Below are positions 26,171-41,215 of a DNA stretch of 64,000 bases, in pieces. Made by a program: the position numbers and the translations under genes. The notes under the pieces are model-generated. The model saw only the letters and a program-made list of their open reading frames with translations, ran no database searches and was not told the DNA's origin. Every line of letters begins with the position of its first letter. The stretch's first letter is position 1. This stretch comes from Eledone cirrhosa (Eukaryota), in assembly GCA_964016885.1 (NCBI GenBank), contig OZ024740.1, forward strand, positions 236,096,001 through 236,160,000, written 5' to 3'.

Positions 26171-27099
26171 TAATACTGCCAATCCACTGCCCTCAATGAA
26201 CAACATAGTAAAAAGTCATATCAATTTTATATTGAATTAGTGAAAAATAGGAATGTTTGATGTTTCAGATTTATTTGCCCTTCATTAGAAAGAAATGGGA
26301 AAAACCCAAAAAAGAACAGGTCTCTGTTTTACTTTCTTTTGTTTTTCCTTCTCTCTTTCCCTCTCCCCACTCTACTTTCCGATGAAGTACAAAGTTCAAA
26401 ACATCAAACATTTCTTTATAATTAACATCAAACATTTCTTTATAATTAACATCAAACATTTCTTTATAATTAACATAGTCATTAACATTGTAATTTTCCA
26501 AAGACTATATGTATTTGATGAATAATTTATGTTTCAAAATCACCTTTTATTGTAAAATAGTATTTTCAGCTGATAATTCTGTTTCTAAGGTTATCTCAGG
26601 TTAACTGAGAATAATTTAAGAAATAATTTAATAATCATCATCATCTTTTAAGATATCTGGAAAGATCTTTGGACACAAGTTTACTCAAATGCATATAGGA
26701 TTTAGGAAATACTGTTAAATACTATGAAATAATTTGGAATGTATTATAAAATGCCATATGTTATAAAAGGATAATGATGGTTGTTATCATTCCTCCTTAG
26801 AGAAAGTATTCATTTTTCTGTGATTCCCGTGGCATTGTATTGACATACGGCATTTCTAGGGCATTTTTAAAAACCTCGTGGAGCCCATCTACTCTCCAGG
26901 TCTATAGTTATAATAATATCAAAAGGTTTTATATTATTAATGGGCATATTCCAAGGTTTTATATTTTATCACATATATAAATATAAGATTTTTATATTTA
27001 TTTCTTTGATTGCAATCAACTTAATTTCAGCTTTAAAAAATACACACACACACGCATTCTACCCACCTGTCCCTTCAATCTTACTAATTTCTCATTCTT

Positions 27100-27135
27100 T
27101 CTTCTGATGAAGGACTAGCTTCCGAAGCGTTAAGA
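27100..27135 (+). ncRNA. Degenerate minimal hammerhead (GAAA changed to GAAG)
   Basis: tctt-CTGATGA-a-gga-ctagct-tcc-GAAG-cg-TT-aaga. Confidence 0.5.
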
Positions 27136-27482
27136 CCCTCTTCCTGCTATTTTTAGCGTTAACCTAATATATTCCTTCCATATACTTTACCGATTGTGTT
27201 GTTATTTCTGTTTACCTTTAACATACATATATATATATATCACTTTTGGAACCCTGACAAAAGCGCCCAATCCACACTGTAAAATGGTTGTGTAGGTGTC
27301 ACGACAAAAAGCACCCAGTCAACACTGTAAAGGGGTAATGTGGGTATCATGATAAAAAGCACTCAGCACACACTGTAAATGGGATTGGCGTAAAGAAGGG
27401 CATCCAGCCGTAGAAACCAAGCCAAAATCAGTTCTGGGTGAAATGGTGATGATGATATATATATATATATATCATCACCATT

Positions 27483-28075
27483 TTTTATTGCAGAGATGTT
27501 GCTGTTTATCTATCTCGCGGGTGGGACCAATCCGGTTGACCACCGAGTCCATTGTCATGATCAAACCGCCACTCTCCTTCAAAAACGAAGGAGAGGCGGT
27601 TTTCCTTTGTGTGATAGCTATGGCGAAAGAGGTTGTATGGTGGAAAAGGTTGAAAGGGCTGAGGTCAGACACCTTTCTCTCCGGCCAACAACTGATTCTT
27701 TTTTTCAAATACCACTTTGGAAGAAGAATCAGGATGGAGAGAGAGGTGCTGTACCCCAGCAAGTTTTATGAAAGGTGGGTGAAAGTGGTGAGAATGGCCC
27801 GAGTGAATGGGCCTTCTCTCTATATCAGCCTGTAGGTTGAGGAAAAGGAGGAGGAGAGGAAAGGAGTACAAACTCTTCGTACTCCTGGAGATGAGGGTTG
27901 CACATTTTTTCGGGGGTATGTGTTACCCACATGAACTGTCTCCCCCTATTGGGGAAAATCGACTAATTTTTTTAATTGCATTTGTGATAATATTTTACAC
28001 GTTTTTATTGTATGTAAACTTCCCCCTTTGTATTTGTCCCCTTCTTTTGTGCCCCTGTGGCTAATAAAGAAATAT
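27483..28075 (+). mobile_element. L1/Tx1-like LINE 3' fragment
   Basis: AMAKEVVWWKRLKG..FFKYH..MEREVL..FYERW resembles a Tx1 ORF2 C-terminus. AATAAA near 28063, then (TATC)n. Confidence 0.6.
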
Positions 28076-28289
28076 ATCTATCTATAAGATATCTATCTAT
28101 CTATCTCTATATATATAAATGAAAATAGAGAAATTAATGTAAGCAAAAAGCCTACAATAATTAGACATATAAGTGGCTATAACATCAAGATGAATCATTT
28201 TTAACGAAAGATATGGGATAAGTAATAAAATCTTAATTCAATAAAATCAAGAAAAAATACTTAACCTTCAATTTGGGAAAACTACAAAT

Positions 28290-28368
28290 GCACTATATAG
28301 TCTTAAAAGACTATTTCACGAAACTTTTCAGTGTGGTTAGTCACTTTTGCATCGATCTTCAGTAGTGC
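28290..28368 (-). ncRNA. Type I hammerhead ribozyme
   Basis: Reverse complement: gcacta-CTGAAGA-tcga...tcgt-GAAA-tagtc-ttttaa-gacta-TA-tagtgc. Perfect 6-bp stem I and 6-bp stem III, AUA triplet. Confidence 0.85.
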
Positions 28369-28727
28369 TTAACAACATTAATGCTTTCAATTCCACCCCG
28401 CATTAATGGCACTGCTACAATGTCGGGGTGGAATTGAAAGCAGGCAAGCGAAACTCGTGTAGAATTGAAATAACAAAAACACACGTGGACACTCGCTAGT
28501 GATGCCGGGATGAAACGAAAATGTGTTTACAAGAAACAGCAGTCAAAACATTCCGAAAAAACTCAACAAAGATATGGAGTTCAGCCTAAGCAATATTATC
28601 GCAGTTTTATTTTACAAAAACTGGGATTAGTCACAAATATTAATAAGCACTCAAGGAAAGCTCCGAGTAATAATATATAAATGAAATTAGAGAAATTAAT
28701 GTAAGCAATATATATATATATATATTT

Positions 28728-28950
28728 ATATAATAAGCAGCACAATATAATTATTCCATTACTTAACGTTTCATGAAACTAGACGATCTTAACAGAAGCG
28801 TTCTGGACGTTTCTGTTAAGATTGTCTAGTTTCATGAAACGTTAATGGAATAATTATATTGTGTTGTTTATTACATAATTAAATAGCTCTGTACTATACA
28901 TAGAGCACTCTTCTTTCCTTTACCATTTCTACGGAAATACATAAAACACG
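28728..28950 (+). mobile_element. Fold-back element centred on a putative HHR stem II (relative of the 5335 family)
   Basis: Palindrome around 28803. Arms carry GAAAcgtta(ag)TA-atggaataatt. The 3' tail agctctgt..atacatagagcactc is shared with 5617-5643. Confidence 0.7.
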
Positions 28951-29301
28951 TATATATGTGTGTATATATATACAACAACATCTCCGCAATTATAATATGT
29001 TGTTGTTATTATTATTCCAATTGTCTTTCTATTATTGCCATAACAATACACATTCTTCTTGATATCATTGATATACTTGCTGTCGTAATTGTGGCTATTA
29101 CAGTTTCTGCTGATATAGTACAAATTGCATTGTTGTTTTTACATCTAATATTTCCTTAGTTCTGCTTCACAACAAGTAGATACTTACTTCCCTAAACTGT
29201 GTATGTATGTGTGTTGATGAGGGTGCAGGGCATTTATATTTGTATACATATATTCATATATGAGTGTGTGTGCGTATGTATATAAATATATATATATATA
29301 T

Positions 29302-29389
<88 letters not shown>

Positions 29390-32300
29390 ATGTGTGTGTG
29401 CGTATGTGTGTGCGTGCGTGTTTATGTATGTATGTATGTATGAATCAATCTATATACAAATATGTGTGTGTATATGTATGCATATATATGTAGGATCTGA
29501 CCACTGTCAAATGCTCTTCCATCTGGAGAAAATAAAGATGCATACATCTGAGGTTGTATAAAGAAGAAAATTAACTATCCTCTTAAAGGACATGAAAGCA
29601 GTGCATCCCTTCCCCATCAACTTCCCCATCATCTGTAGGGTATTGACCTTCTTACTATCACTTATAACACAATGCACTGATACACACTACTATATGCTAC
29701 ATACTTCATTCTCATGTACTTTAACAATATTAGTCATTACTCTTCTTTAACTCTTATCATCTGGCAATGATTTAGAAGAAAGTATCTAAAAACAATTTTG
29801 TTTATTCAAATGTTTATAGTACCTTTACTAGAGGACAGATTATTATGAAAATATGCAGTTTTAGAGTAAAAATATTAATTCTTAATGTGATGTAGTCATA
29901 GTGCTGGTTTGTACTTTCTAAGATTGTCTTGCTAATGTGGTTTCATTTAGTACAGAACGTTATGAGTCAATCTTCTGTACACACATGTCGATCACATTTA
30001 GCCACGATATTTAATGACAGCTTTGCAATGACAGCTTTGCAATGTAGAAATGTCCTTCAATGGAAACATGACATTATAGTCTCTTTCAATGGTATTATTA
30101 CAAGAGAGATGGCTTGGCAGTATCGGTAGAGCCTCAGACACCCTGCTTTGCAACACAGAGTTACGAACCTTTAGGTTCTGTATTCAAATCCTGCTGAGGT
30201 TAGCTTTGCCTTTCATCCCTAAGTCAATAAGATAAAGTACCAGTAATGCACTGGGGTAAATTTAATCGACTTTCCCTTCCCCGCAAAATTTGCTGGCCTT
30301 GTGCCTATAGTGGAAACAATTATTACATAATCTCTTTGACCATCCTGCATTGTGTTGCATATCAGCTCATCCTTGGACAATTTCAGTTGCATATGAGTTT
30401 TTCTATGAGAAGAGCTTGCTAGTGCTTCATTTGAATGGTTGATTCTGTGAATGGTTGATTCTGTGAATGGTTGATTCTGTGAATAGTTGAGAGAGAACAA
30501 AAACAGAAAGAAACAAATTGTCTCAGTACTTTACTAATACTTTATTTATCAATCTCAAAAGGATGAAAGGTAGGATTTGAATTCAGCGTGCAGAGTGTTG
30601 AAACAAATACCACAAGGCATTCTATCCAACAAACTTTGCCAATTTTCCACCTTATAATAACTACTATAAACAACACATCACTAAACACTCAAGGCTGCTC
30701 CAAATATTAATCTGATGATGTCTAATGCCTCCTGCCTCTTCCCAATATACATGTGGTCCCATAACTCCTGATGAAGTTGACATACAGCATTTCAAGGCCA
30801 TTTTTTAAAACCTGGCGGAGCCCATCTCCTCTCTGGGAATATACATATAACATTCTCAAAAATTGCATTTTAAGATTAGGTTTCTACTTCAGGGTGAGAA
30901 AATACTTCAGTTTTGATCAGTTGGTGACATTTACAAAACTTAAGTAAAACATACATGGAATACTAATTGCATTTATAGGACATTGAGGCTACACACACAA
31001 ACATCTTAGAACATATCTAAAAACAAAAGGAGCCATTCAACTTATTAGCAAGGATTTACTTACCAACACACAACAATAACAAAGAGGATTGGACTTCTGT
31101 TGACAGCTAAGTCCTTTGGACATGGATATAATACATTGAACAATACCTTGTAGTTTTGGTCACAAACCTGGGCACTGCCAAACCTAACACAAAAGAGCAG
31201 AATATATCCCCATATTGCCATTTTCTTCTTCAAAATCAGGAGTGCATCTCACCTGAGAAAGGAACCCCATGAGGTAGAGTGGTTGGTGCTGTGGATGTCT
31301 CTGGCTATTCTCTGTGGGAAAGCTCTCTCCATCATATCTGCAGGGTGCAGCTGTGATATATTGTCTAGCTAGGGGTCTTTAGTCTACCACTCCATTTTTC
31401 TTCCCCTTTTCTCATTATTTAATTTTGTCTATCTTCCTATTTATTATGTTAAGTAAACTAGATATTTGACAATCAAATGTCTTGGTGATAGACACAGTAG
31501 AGTGAACTAGATCACACTGTGGTACCTATCTACCTATCAATAGGTAAGTGTAGTAGGTAGTTGACATTTAGGTGTCTTGATCATGGACAGAGTAGAATGA
31601 ACTATACCAGATAGATATACCAACTTACATCTGGGGAGATAGGGCTATTGACAGTTAAGTGTCTACACTTTGTTTACATGTTTTCCTATATATTCACATG
31701 AATAGAAGCCAGAAGGAGGGTGTAGGAAGCAAAGCAGACCCACCAAGACCTAGTTATATGAGCTAGGCTTATGAGCAGATTTGTGATAGGGCTTGTAACT
31801 GTGTAGAATGGAGATCTCTCATTGTCAAATCTCCATAGTAAGGATCAAAGTGATATATAAATGCTCCCTTTTAGGCCAACAAGGAAAGTTGAGTAGACCC
31901 CACAATATGTCAGACAGCATCCATGTGCTTCAAGGCCACCACCATGACCTTCCCTTCCAGCAGTGCAATGTCTATATCCCAGCCTCAAACTGCTCCAATA
32001 CTTTCAACCCCACTAACATGACCATGTACACAGAGCAACTTAATGCTGGTGCGACCAAAAAAGGTGGTAGTACTGGTGAAATGACAAAAAGCACTCAGTC
32101 CACTATGTAAGGTGATAATGCTGGAGTCATGACAAATACTTCCTGTACATGCTGTGAAGTGGTTGATAGTAGGAAAGGCATCCAGCCATATAAACTATGT
32201 TCCTAGTACATGCTGTAAAGTGGGTGGTATTAGCCCAAACAACGTATACAAGTAGGACCTAGTCACCTGACAGGACTGGCTTCAACACATGACAGCCATC

Positions 32301-32520
32301 TAACCCTATGCAAGCATGGAGAACAGACATTAAATCGAAATGATGGTAATCACACTCACACATATATATATATATATGTGTGTGTGTGTATGTGTGTACA
32401 TATAATATGTAGATTCCCAAGCTGTGTCTGGGGTACTCAATACATTGGGCATCTTTATTACACATATAAAAATAACTTCTACATGACTAGAACTGTTTCA
32501 TTCATATGAAATCACAAGGA

Positions 32521-32568
<48 letters not shown>

Positions 32569-32805
32569 ATATATAACGAAGGAGGTGTGGTAAGGAACCA
32601 GATGGACCATAACGCAGCAGAGTACTCAATACTTAGGGTAGTAGAGTGGATAATAGGAAAATATTCAAGACCCCGACGGCAGAGCTCAAGCCGTTTCGAC
32701 AGCTATTTCTGGACTCTGGCTATTTCTCGGCTATTTCAGTCCAGAAATAGCCGTTGAAACGGCTTGAGCTCTGCCGCCAGGGTCTTGAACATTTTCCTAT
32801 GTATG

Positions 32806-32864
<59 letters not shown>

Positions 32865-33583
32865 AGTGCCATATCACACACCCATATACTATATAGTAAA
32901 ATAAACCTAGAAAGAAAAGGAGTTATACTGCACACAATGAAACTTATAACCTTCTATTCACACCAATCTTGTATCATGGCACCTTACTAGACATGCACAG
33001 ACTCACTCACAGTTACACACATATATAAAGATATACCATTACACAGAATGGCATCAGACTACATATATACATATAGTCACAAGCACACATATGCTTCACA
33101 CATTACAGGCATGACAATAATGCATACACAAGCTCTCATACATACACAAATATTTACATACATGGATACATACACACATACATACATATATACATGGTGG
33201 CTGCCAACTCGTTTTTGAGTACGGCCACTACTTTATAGACATGTAGGAGAACTCCTACCGATGCGCTGAACAAGTGTGACTTTTTAGTCCAGCCAGCGAC
33301 TTGAAAACTCTGGTACAAACACTACACTTGTGACAATTATTGACACATAGTGCTGGGCCCATGGTACCATGTGACGACAAGTGCAGAGAGATCTCCAGAT
33401 ATAAAGCGATGCCTGTGCCATGAAGCTTTTATAGTGAGCAAAGGCACTGCACAAAGCCAGTCCCACTCTCTTAACCAAGATGATATTTACCAAAAAGAAG
33501 AACAAGTCAACATCATTGGACACCATCAGGGTTGCAGGTGTTATATCAGAGTTTTCCTTCATATATACATACATACATACATA

Positions 33584-33964
33584 TGGAACCTGAAAATAAA
33601 AACTGCCACCAAATAAAAGCACAACCGGCCTGATATTGTAGTTTGGGACCACACATTGAAAACGTGTTCTGTTGTGGAGATCAGCTGCCCACTTGATGTA
33701 AACGTTGTCAGAAAAATACAGGCGAAGGAGGACATCTACGGATCATTGATGAGGAGTTTACAAATCCAGTATCCAAGATACACCTTTAGCTTCATACCCA
33801 TCATTATTGGAGCTACGGGTTAGATACCAACCCCCTTGGACCAAAGTATGACTGAACTTGGATTTGCGGACAAAGAGCGCAGCTCCCTAATTCATAGTCT
33901 ACAAATGGCTGCAATAGCTGGCACCTTCAAAATTTGTAAAACATTCTTGCGATTCAAGGGATGA
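33584..33964 (+). pseudogene. Restriction-like endonuclease domain of an R4/Dong-like non-LTR retrotransposon, 3' fragment
   Basis: WNLKIKT..KHNRPDIVVWD..CSVVEISCPLDVNV..KEDIYGSL..IPIIIGATG, with two in-frame stops. Flanked by (ATAC)n. Confidence 0.8.
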
Positions 33965-34174
33965 CAATTTCTTTTCTTTTACAACCTTGCCACCAGGAAG
34001 GTGGCCAGTCAAAAAAATATATACGAAATTAAGGGAAAGAGATAACATACATATATACATACATACACACTCTCACCCACACAAACCCATACAAAAACAC
34101 AACAGAGAGTGACAACTACCTACTACAACTATACTGCATACAGTCAGTCAGTCTCACAGTATGAACAAAGGCAT

Positions 34175-35117
34175 ACAACAACAACATCATCATCATCATC
34201 AACAACAGCAGCAGCAACAACAATAACAAAAAACAACAGTAGCAACAACAACAACAACAAAACCAACAACACCAACAGCAGCAACAGTAACAACCACATC
34301 AACAACAACAACAACAGCACCAATAACCATATCGACAACAGCAGCAACACCAACAAAAACAACAGCAACGGCAACTACACCAACAACAACAACAACAACA
34401 ACAACAAAAACAACAACAACAACATAAACAACAACAACAACAACAACAATAACAACAACTACACCAACAACAACAACTACACCAACAACAACAACTACAC
34501 CAACAACAACAACAACAACAACTACACCAACAACAGCAACTACACCAACAACAACAACACCAACAACAACTACACCAACAACAACAACTACACCAACAAC
34601 AACAACAACAACAACAACAACTACACCACCACCAACAACAACAACAACAACAACAACTACACCACCACCAAAACAACAACAACATCTACACCACCACCAA
34701 CAACAACAACAACAACAACTACACCACCACCACCAACAACAACAACAACAACAACTACACCACCACCAACAACAACAACAACAACTACACCAACAACAAC
34801 AACTACACCAACAGCAACACCAACAACAACAACAACAACAACTACACCAACAACACCAACAACAACACCACCAACAACAACAACAACAATAACAACTACA
34901 CCAACAACAACAACACCACCAACAACAACAACAACGATAACAACTACACCAACAACAACAACAACTACACCACCACCACCAACAACAACAACAACAACAA
35001 CAACAGCACCAATAACCATATCGACAACAGCAGCAACACCAACAAAAACAACAGCAACGGCAACTACACCAACAACAACAACAACAACAAAAACAACAAC
35101 AAAAACAACAACAACAA

Positions 35118-35151
<34 letters not shown>

Positions 35152-35690
35152 TACACCACCAACAACAACAACAACTACACCAACAACAACAACTACACCA
35201 ACAACAACAACAACAACAACAACAACAACTACACCAACAACAACAACTACACCAACAACAACAACAACAACAACAACTACACCAACAACAACAACTACAC
35301 CAACAACAACAACACCAACAACAACTACACCAACAACAACAACAACTACACCACCACCAACAACAACAACAACAACTACACCACCACCACCAACAACAAC
35401 AACAACAACTACACCAACAACAACAACTACACCAACAACAACACCAACAACAACAACAACAACAACTACACCAACAACACCAACAACAACACCAACACCA
35501 ACAACAACAACAACAACAACAACAACGACAACTACACCAACAACAACAATAACTACACCACCAACAACAACAACAACAACTACACCAACAACAACAACAA
35601 CAACACCAACACCAACAACAACAACAACTACACCAACTACTCCAACAACAACAACAACAACAACAACAGCAACTACACCAACAACAACAA

Positions 35691-35721
<31 letters not shown>

Positions 35722-36490
35722 AACAACTACACCAACAAGAACAACACCAACAACAACAACAACTACACCAACAACACCAACAACAACAACAACACCAACA
35801 ACAACAACAACAACAACAACTGCACCAACAACAACAACAACAACTACACCAACAACAACTACACCAACAACAACAACAACTACACCAACAACTACAACAA
35901 TACCAACAACAACAACAACACCAACAACTACACCAACAACAACAACTACACCAACACCAACAACAACAACAACAACTACACCAACAACAACAACAACTAC
36001 ACCAACAACTACACCAACAACAACAACTACACCAACAACAACTACACCAACAACAACAACTACACCAACAACAACAACAACTACACCAACAACAACTACA
36101 CCAACAACAACTACACCAACAACAACAACAACTACTACACCAACAACAACAACAACTACACCAACAACTACACCAACAACAACAACAACTACACCAACAA
36201 CAACTACACCAACAACAACAACTACACCAACAACAACACCAACAACAACAACAACAACTACACCAACACCAACAACAACTACACCAACAACAACTACACC
36301 AACAACAACAACAACAACTACACCAACAACAACTACACCAACAACAACACCAACAACACCAACAACACCAACAACACCAACAACAACACCAACTACACCA
36401 ACAACAACAACAACAACAACAACAACACCAACAACAACAACAACACCAACAACAACAACACCAACAACAACACCAACAACAACAACAACT

Positions 36491-36524
<34 letters not shown>

Positions 36525-36537
36525 CTACAACAACACC

Positions 36538-36568
<31 letters not shown>

Positions 36569-36690
36569 CCAACTACACCAACAACTACACCAACAACAAC
36601 AACACCAACAACAACAACAACACCAACAACAACTACACCAACAACAACAACAACAACAACACCAACTACACCAACAACAACAACACCACC

Positions 36691-36725
<35 letters not shown>

Positions 36726-38830
36726 CTACATCAACACTAACAACACCAACAACAACACCAACAACAACAACACCAACTACACCAACAACAACAACAACAA
36801 CAACAACAACAGCAACTACAACAATACCAACAACACCACCAACAACAACAACAACAACAACAACAACACCGACTACACCAACAACTACACCAACAACAAT
36901 AACAACAACACCAACTACACCAACAACTACACCAACAACAACAACACCAACAACAACTACACCAACAACAACAACAACAACACCAACAACAACAACACCA
37001 ACTACACCAACAACAACAACAACAACAACTACAACAACACCAACAACAACAACAACAACAACAACAACACCAACTACACCAACAACTACACCAACAACAA
37101 TAACAACAACACCAACTACACCAACAACTACACCAACAACAACAACACCAACAACAACTACACCAACAACAACAACAACACCAACAACAACAATACCAAC
37201 TACACCAACAACACCAACAACAACAACAACAACAACACCAACAACAACACCAACAACAACTACAACAACAACAACAACACCAACAACAACAGCAACAACA
37301 ACAACAGCAACACCAACAACACCAACAACAACAACAACTACACCACCAACAACAACAACAACAACAACAAAAGCAACAGTAACAACAACAGTAACAACAA
37401 CAACAACAACTACAACACCAACAACAACAACAACAACAACAACAACACCAACTACACCAACAACAACACCAACAACAACACAAACAACAACTACACCAAC
37501 AACAACAACACCAACAACAACAACTACACCAACAACAACAACACCAACAACAACTACACCAACAACAACACCAACAACAACACCAACAACAACTACACCA
37601 ACAACAACAACACCACCAACAACAACTACACCAACAACAACAACTACACCAACAACAACAACACCAACAACAACTACACCAACAACAACACCAACAACAA
37701 CACCAACAACAACAACAACAACAACAACACCACCACCAACAACAACAACAACTACACCAACAACAACAACAACACCAACAGTACCAACAACAGCAACAAC
37801 AACACCAACAACAACAACACCAACAACAACTACACCACCAACAACAACAACAACAACAACAACACCAACTACACCAACAACAACACCAACAACAACACCA
37901 ACAACAACTACACCAACAACAACAACAACACCAACAACAACAACTACACCAACAACATCAACACCAACAACAACTACACCAACAACAACACCAACAACAA
38001 CACCAACAACAACTACACCAACAACAACAACAACAACACCAACAGCACCAACAACAGCAACAACAACACCAACAACAACAACACCAACAACAACTACACC
38101 AACAACAACAACAACAACAACACCAACTACACCAACAACAACACCAACAACAACACCAACAACAACTACACCAACAACAACAACACCAACAACAACAACT
38201 ACACCAACAACAACAACACCAACAACAACTACACCAACAACAACAACACCACCAACAACAACTACACCAACAACAACAACTACACCAACAACAACAACAC
38301 CAACAACAACTACACCAACAACAACACCAACAACAACACCACCAACAACAACAACAACAACAACAACACCACCAACAACAACTACACCAACAACAACACC
38401 AACAGCAACAGCAACAGCAACTACAACAACAACACCAACAACAACACCAACAGCAACTACACCAACAACAACAACACCACCAACAACAACTACACCAACA
38501 ACAACACCAACAGCAACAGCAACAGCAACTACAACAACACCAACAACAACACCAACAATAACTACACCAACAACAACAACACCACCAACAACTACACCAA
38601 CAACAACTACACCAACAACAACAACACCAACAACAACAACAACAACACCAACAACAACAACTACAACAACAACTACAACAACTACACCAACAACAACAAC
38701 TACAACAACTACACCAACAACAACACCAACAACACCAACACCAACAACAGCAACAACAACAGCAGCAATAACAACAAACAAACAACTGCAGTAGCAAGAA
38801 CAACAGTAAAACCGAGCCACTGACAACAAC
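34175..38830. repeat. 4.7-kb compound trinucleotide microsatellite (ACA/CCA/ACT)
   Basis: Seen directly. It generates the 1390-aa V/G ORF and the N/T/P and C/W ORFs. Confidence 0.95.
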
Positions 38831-39025
38831 AGTCAAACCTATTGATTGAACTCTTAACAATAGTTCAATTCTCTCACCTATTTCTTTGCCATGATCCACT
38901 GTAAAACCAGAACAGTGCTTGGTGCCGTGCTGGTTTCAAGCCTGTACATCTTTATGTCATGCTAAAGTGCAACCTACTTTACACTGCACACCATTTCATA
39001 GTTGATTTTCTTTTTTCTGCATCAC

Positions 39026-39060
<35 letters not shown>

Positions 39061-39624
39061 CTTATTTATTTATTTAGTCATTTATTTATTTTATTTTATT
39101 TCTTATTTGTAATATCAGTCTGCGAAAGAGAGTTTGCATATGCTGCATTTCTGTTGTCTGTAACAAACTGACTGGCAATATATATAACCGAGGAGATGAT
39201 GAAGGACCGTGACAAGAGGAGAGATGCTGTGCTGAATAGGACCCGTCCAACCCTTGCAAGCAGGGAAAAGCGGACATAAAATGATGATGATGATGATATA
39301 TATATATAGAGAGAGAATATATATAGAATGTATATAGGTAAGAAGAAGTTAAACAATGATGATGATGCACACACAAACTTACACATATATATTTGTGTGT
39401 GTGTGTGTAAGTTTGTGTGTGCATCATCATCTCTCATTGTGTGTGCATCACCCATCTCTCCCTCTCCACCTTCACTCTCATCTCCTCCCCTTTATTCATC
39501 CCCCCCCCTCTCTAAATAAAATATTTTTCCCAATATCACACATCAATCTAAAACTACTTTTCATATGTTGATTTAAAACTGCACTATCCACAAGTGTTTT
39601 TTAGCCTTCATATCATGTCCTCCT

Positions 39625-39693
39625 GTTTTATCTGATGAAAACACAAATATTATTGCATGATGATGTTTGTTTTTGAAATGCGCATAATAAAAT
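39625..39693 (+). ncRNA. Minimal type I hammerhead ribozyme (6828 family)
   Basis: gttttat-CTGATGA-aaaca..-GAAA-tgcgca-TA-ataaaat. Confidence 0.7.
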
Positions 39694-39806
39694 ACATGGA
39701 ACTCCTTTAACCATCTTTTGATCTTATATATTATATATATATATATATATTTCGTTTCTGAATTTGTTTAGCAAGATTCTTTATCTGAAATCGTGTGTTG
39801 AAACCG

Positions 39807-40746
39807 ATATTGTTATACTTTGGGAGGGTCATGTTGCCAATAAGAAACACACGCACCAGTTGCTTTCACTTCAATTTATTATATATTTATAAATTTACAA
39901 ATTTACAAACTTCTGGTTGGTTGGTTGGTTCCACAACCAGATAGTTGTTTATATATATAGTCATAGTCCTTTCGTCACACACTCTGTGACCTCTTCAGTG
40001 ACTGGGGATTCCTTTCTTCGTTTCTGTGCCTTTCCTTTCTTCTATCCTACGCCATTTTGTTTCTGTGTGTGTGTTGTGTGCTCAGTTTGCGCATGCGCCA
40101 CATCCGGGTGTCTGTGTGTGTTTGTGTTCATTTTTCTATTTTTCTATTTATATTTTTCTATTTGTTTATTTATTTATTTATTTACTGTTGGTTGGTTGTT
40201 TGTTCTATGTGTGTGTGTGTTTTCATTTTGTCCTGTGTGTGTTTTCATTTTGTGTGTGTTTTCAATTGTAAGTTGTTTGTTCTTTGTTCTATGTGTGAAC
40301 AAACAACTTACAATTGAAAACACACACAAAATGAAAACACACACACACATAGAACAAACAACCAACCAACAGTAAATAAATAAATAAACAAATAGAAAAA
40401 TATAAATAGAAAAATAGAAAAATGAACACAAACACACACAGACACCCGGATGTGGCGCATGCGCAAACTGAGCACACAACACACACACAGAAACAAAATG
40501 GCGTAGGATGGAAGAAAGGAAAGGCACAGAAACGAAGAAAGGAATCCCCAGTCACTGAAGAGGTCACAGAGTGTGTAACGAAAGGACTATGACTATATAT
40601 ATAAACAACTATCTGGTTGTGGAACCAACCAACCAACCAGAAGTTTGTAAATTTGTAAATTTGTAAATTTATAAATATATAATAAATTGAAGTGAAAGCA
40701 ACTGGTGCGTGTGTTTCTTATTGGCAACATGACCATCCCAAAGTAT

Positions 40747-40754
<8 letters not shown>
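39807..40754. mobile_element. ~950-bp palindrome of a PLE pLTR-like element with a hammerhead in each arm
   Basis: Arms of ~460-475 bp, spacer 40283-40296. HHR agtca-CTGAAGA-ggtcaca..tgt(g/a)ac-GAAA-ggac-TA-tgact at 40550-40594 (+) and 39959-40003 (-). Family copies at 52325-52725 and 54425-54625. Confidence 0.8.
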
Positions 40755-40833
<79 letters not shown>

Positions 40834-40998
40834 CGGAGAAAGCTTTTTAGCGATACTCCGGCCAAATTCCAACTCACTCAATAAACATTAGGAAATAAGT
40901 GATTATATTCCCAATTATGCGTTCGGGGTGCTAACTAAAAGTATTGCGTGGAAAATTGGCTGTATTATTTCATATGAGAAATATCTAATATATCTCTT

Positions 40999-41125
40999 CC
41001 CAGTCGGACGTCTCGTTTCATTATAGGATTCTTACAATTTGGGTGAAATTATACCAATTTATGTAGGAGCTTGTATACCATCAATAAATATATATTCAAG
41101 TGGGCTCCTATAATTCATCAGTGGG
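40999..41125 (-). ncRNA. Hammerhead with a ~100-nt extended stem II; cleavage site probably mutated
   Basis: Reverse complement: ccca-CTGATGA-attatagga...tcctataat-GAAA-cg-agacgtc-cg-AC-tggg. TC is expected where AC stands. Confidence 0.6.
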
Positions 41126-41179
41126 TGCCCCAATAATACTAATATTGATAATCTAACCAACATCAGTATTCATATATAT

Positions 41180-41215
<36 letters not shown>

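Noticed and set aside
34657-38829. 1390-aa Val/Gly ORF and overlapping Cys/Trp ORFs
   Set aside because: They are antisense readings of a (CAA)n-type microsatellite that lacks stop codons by composition.
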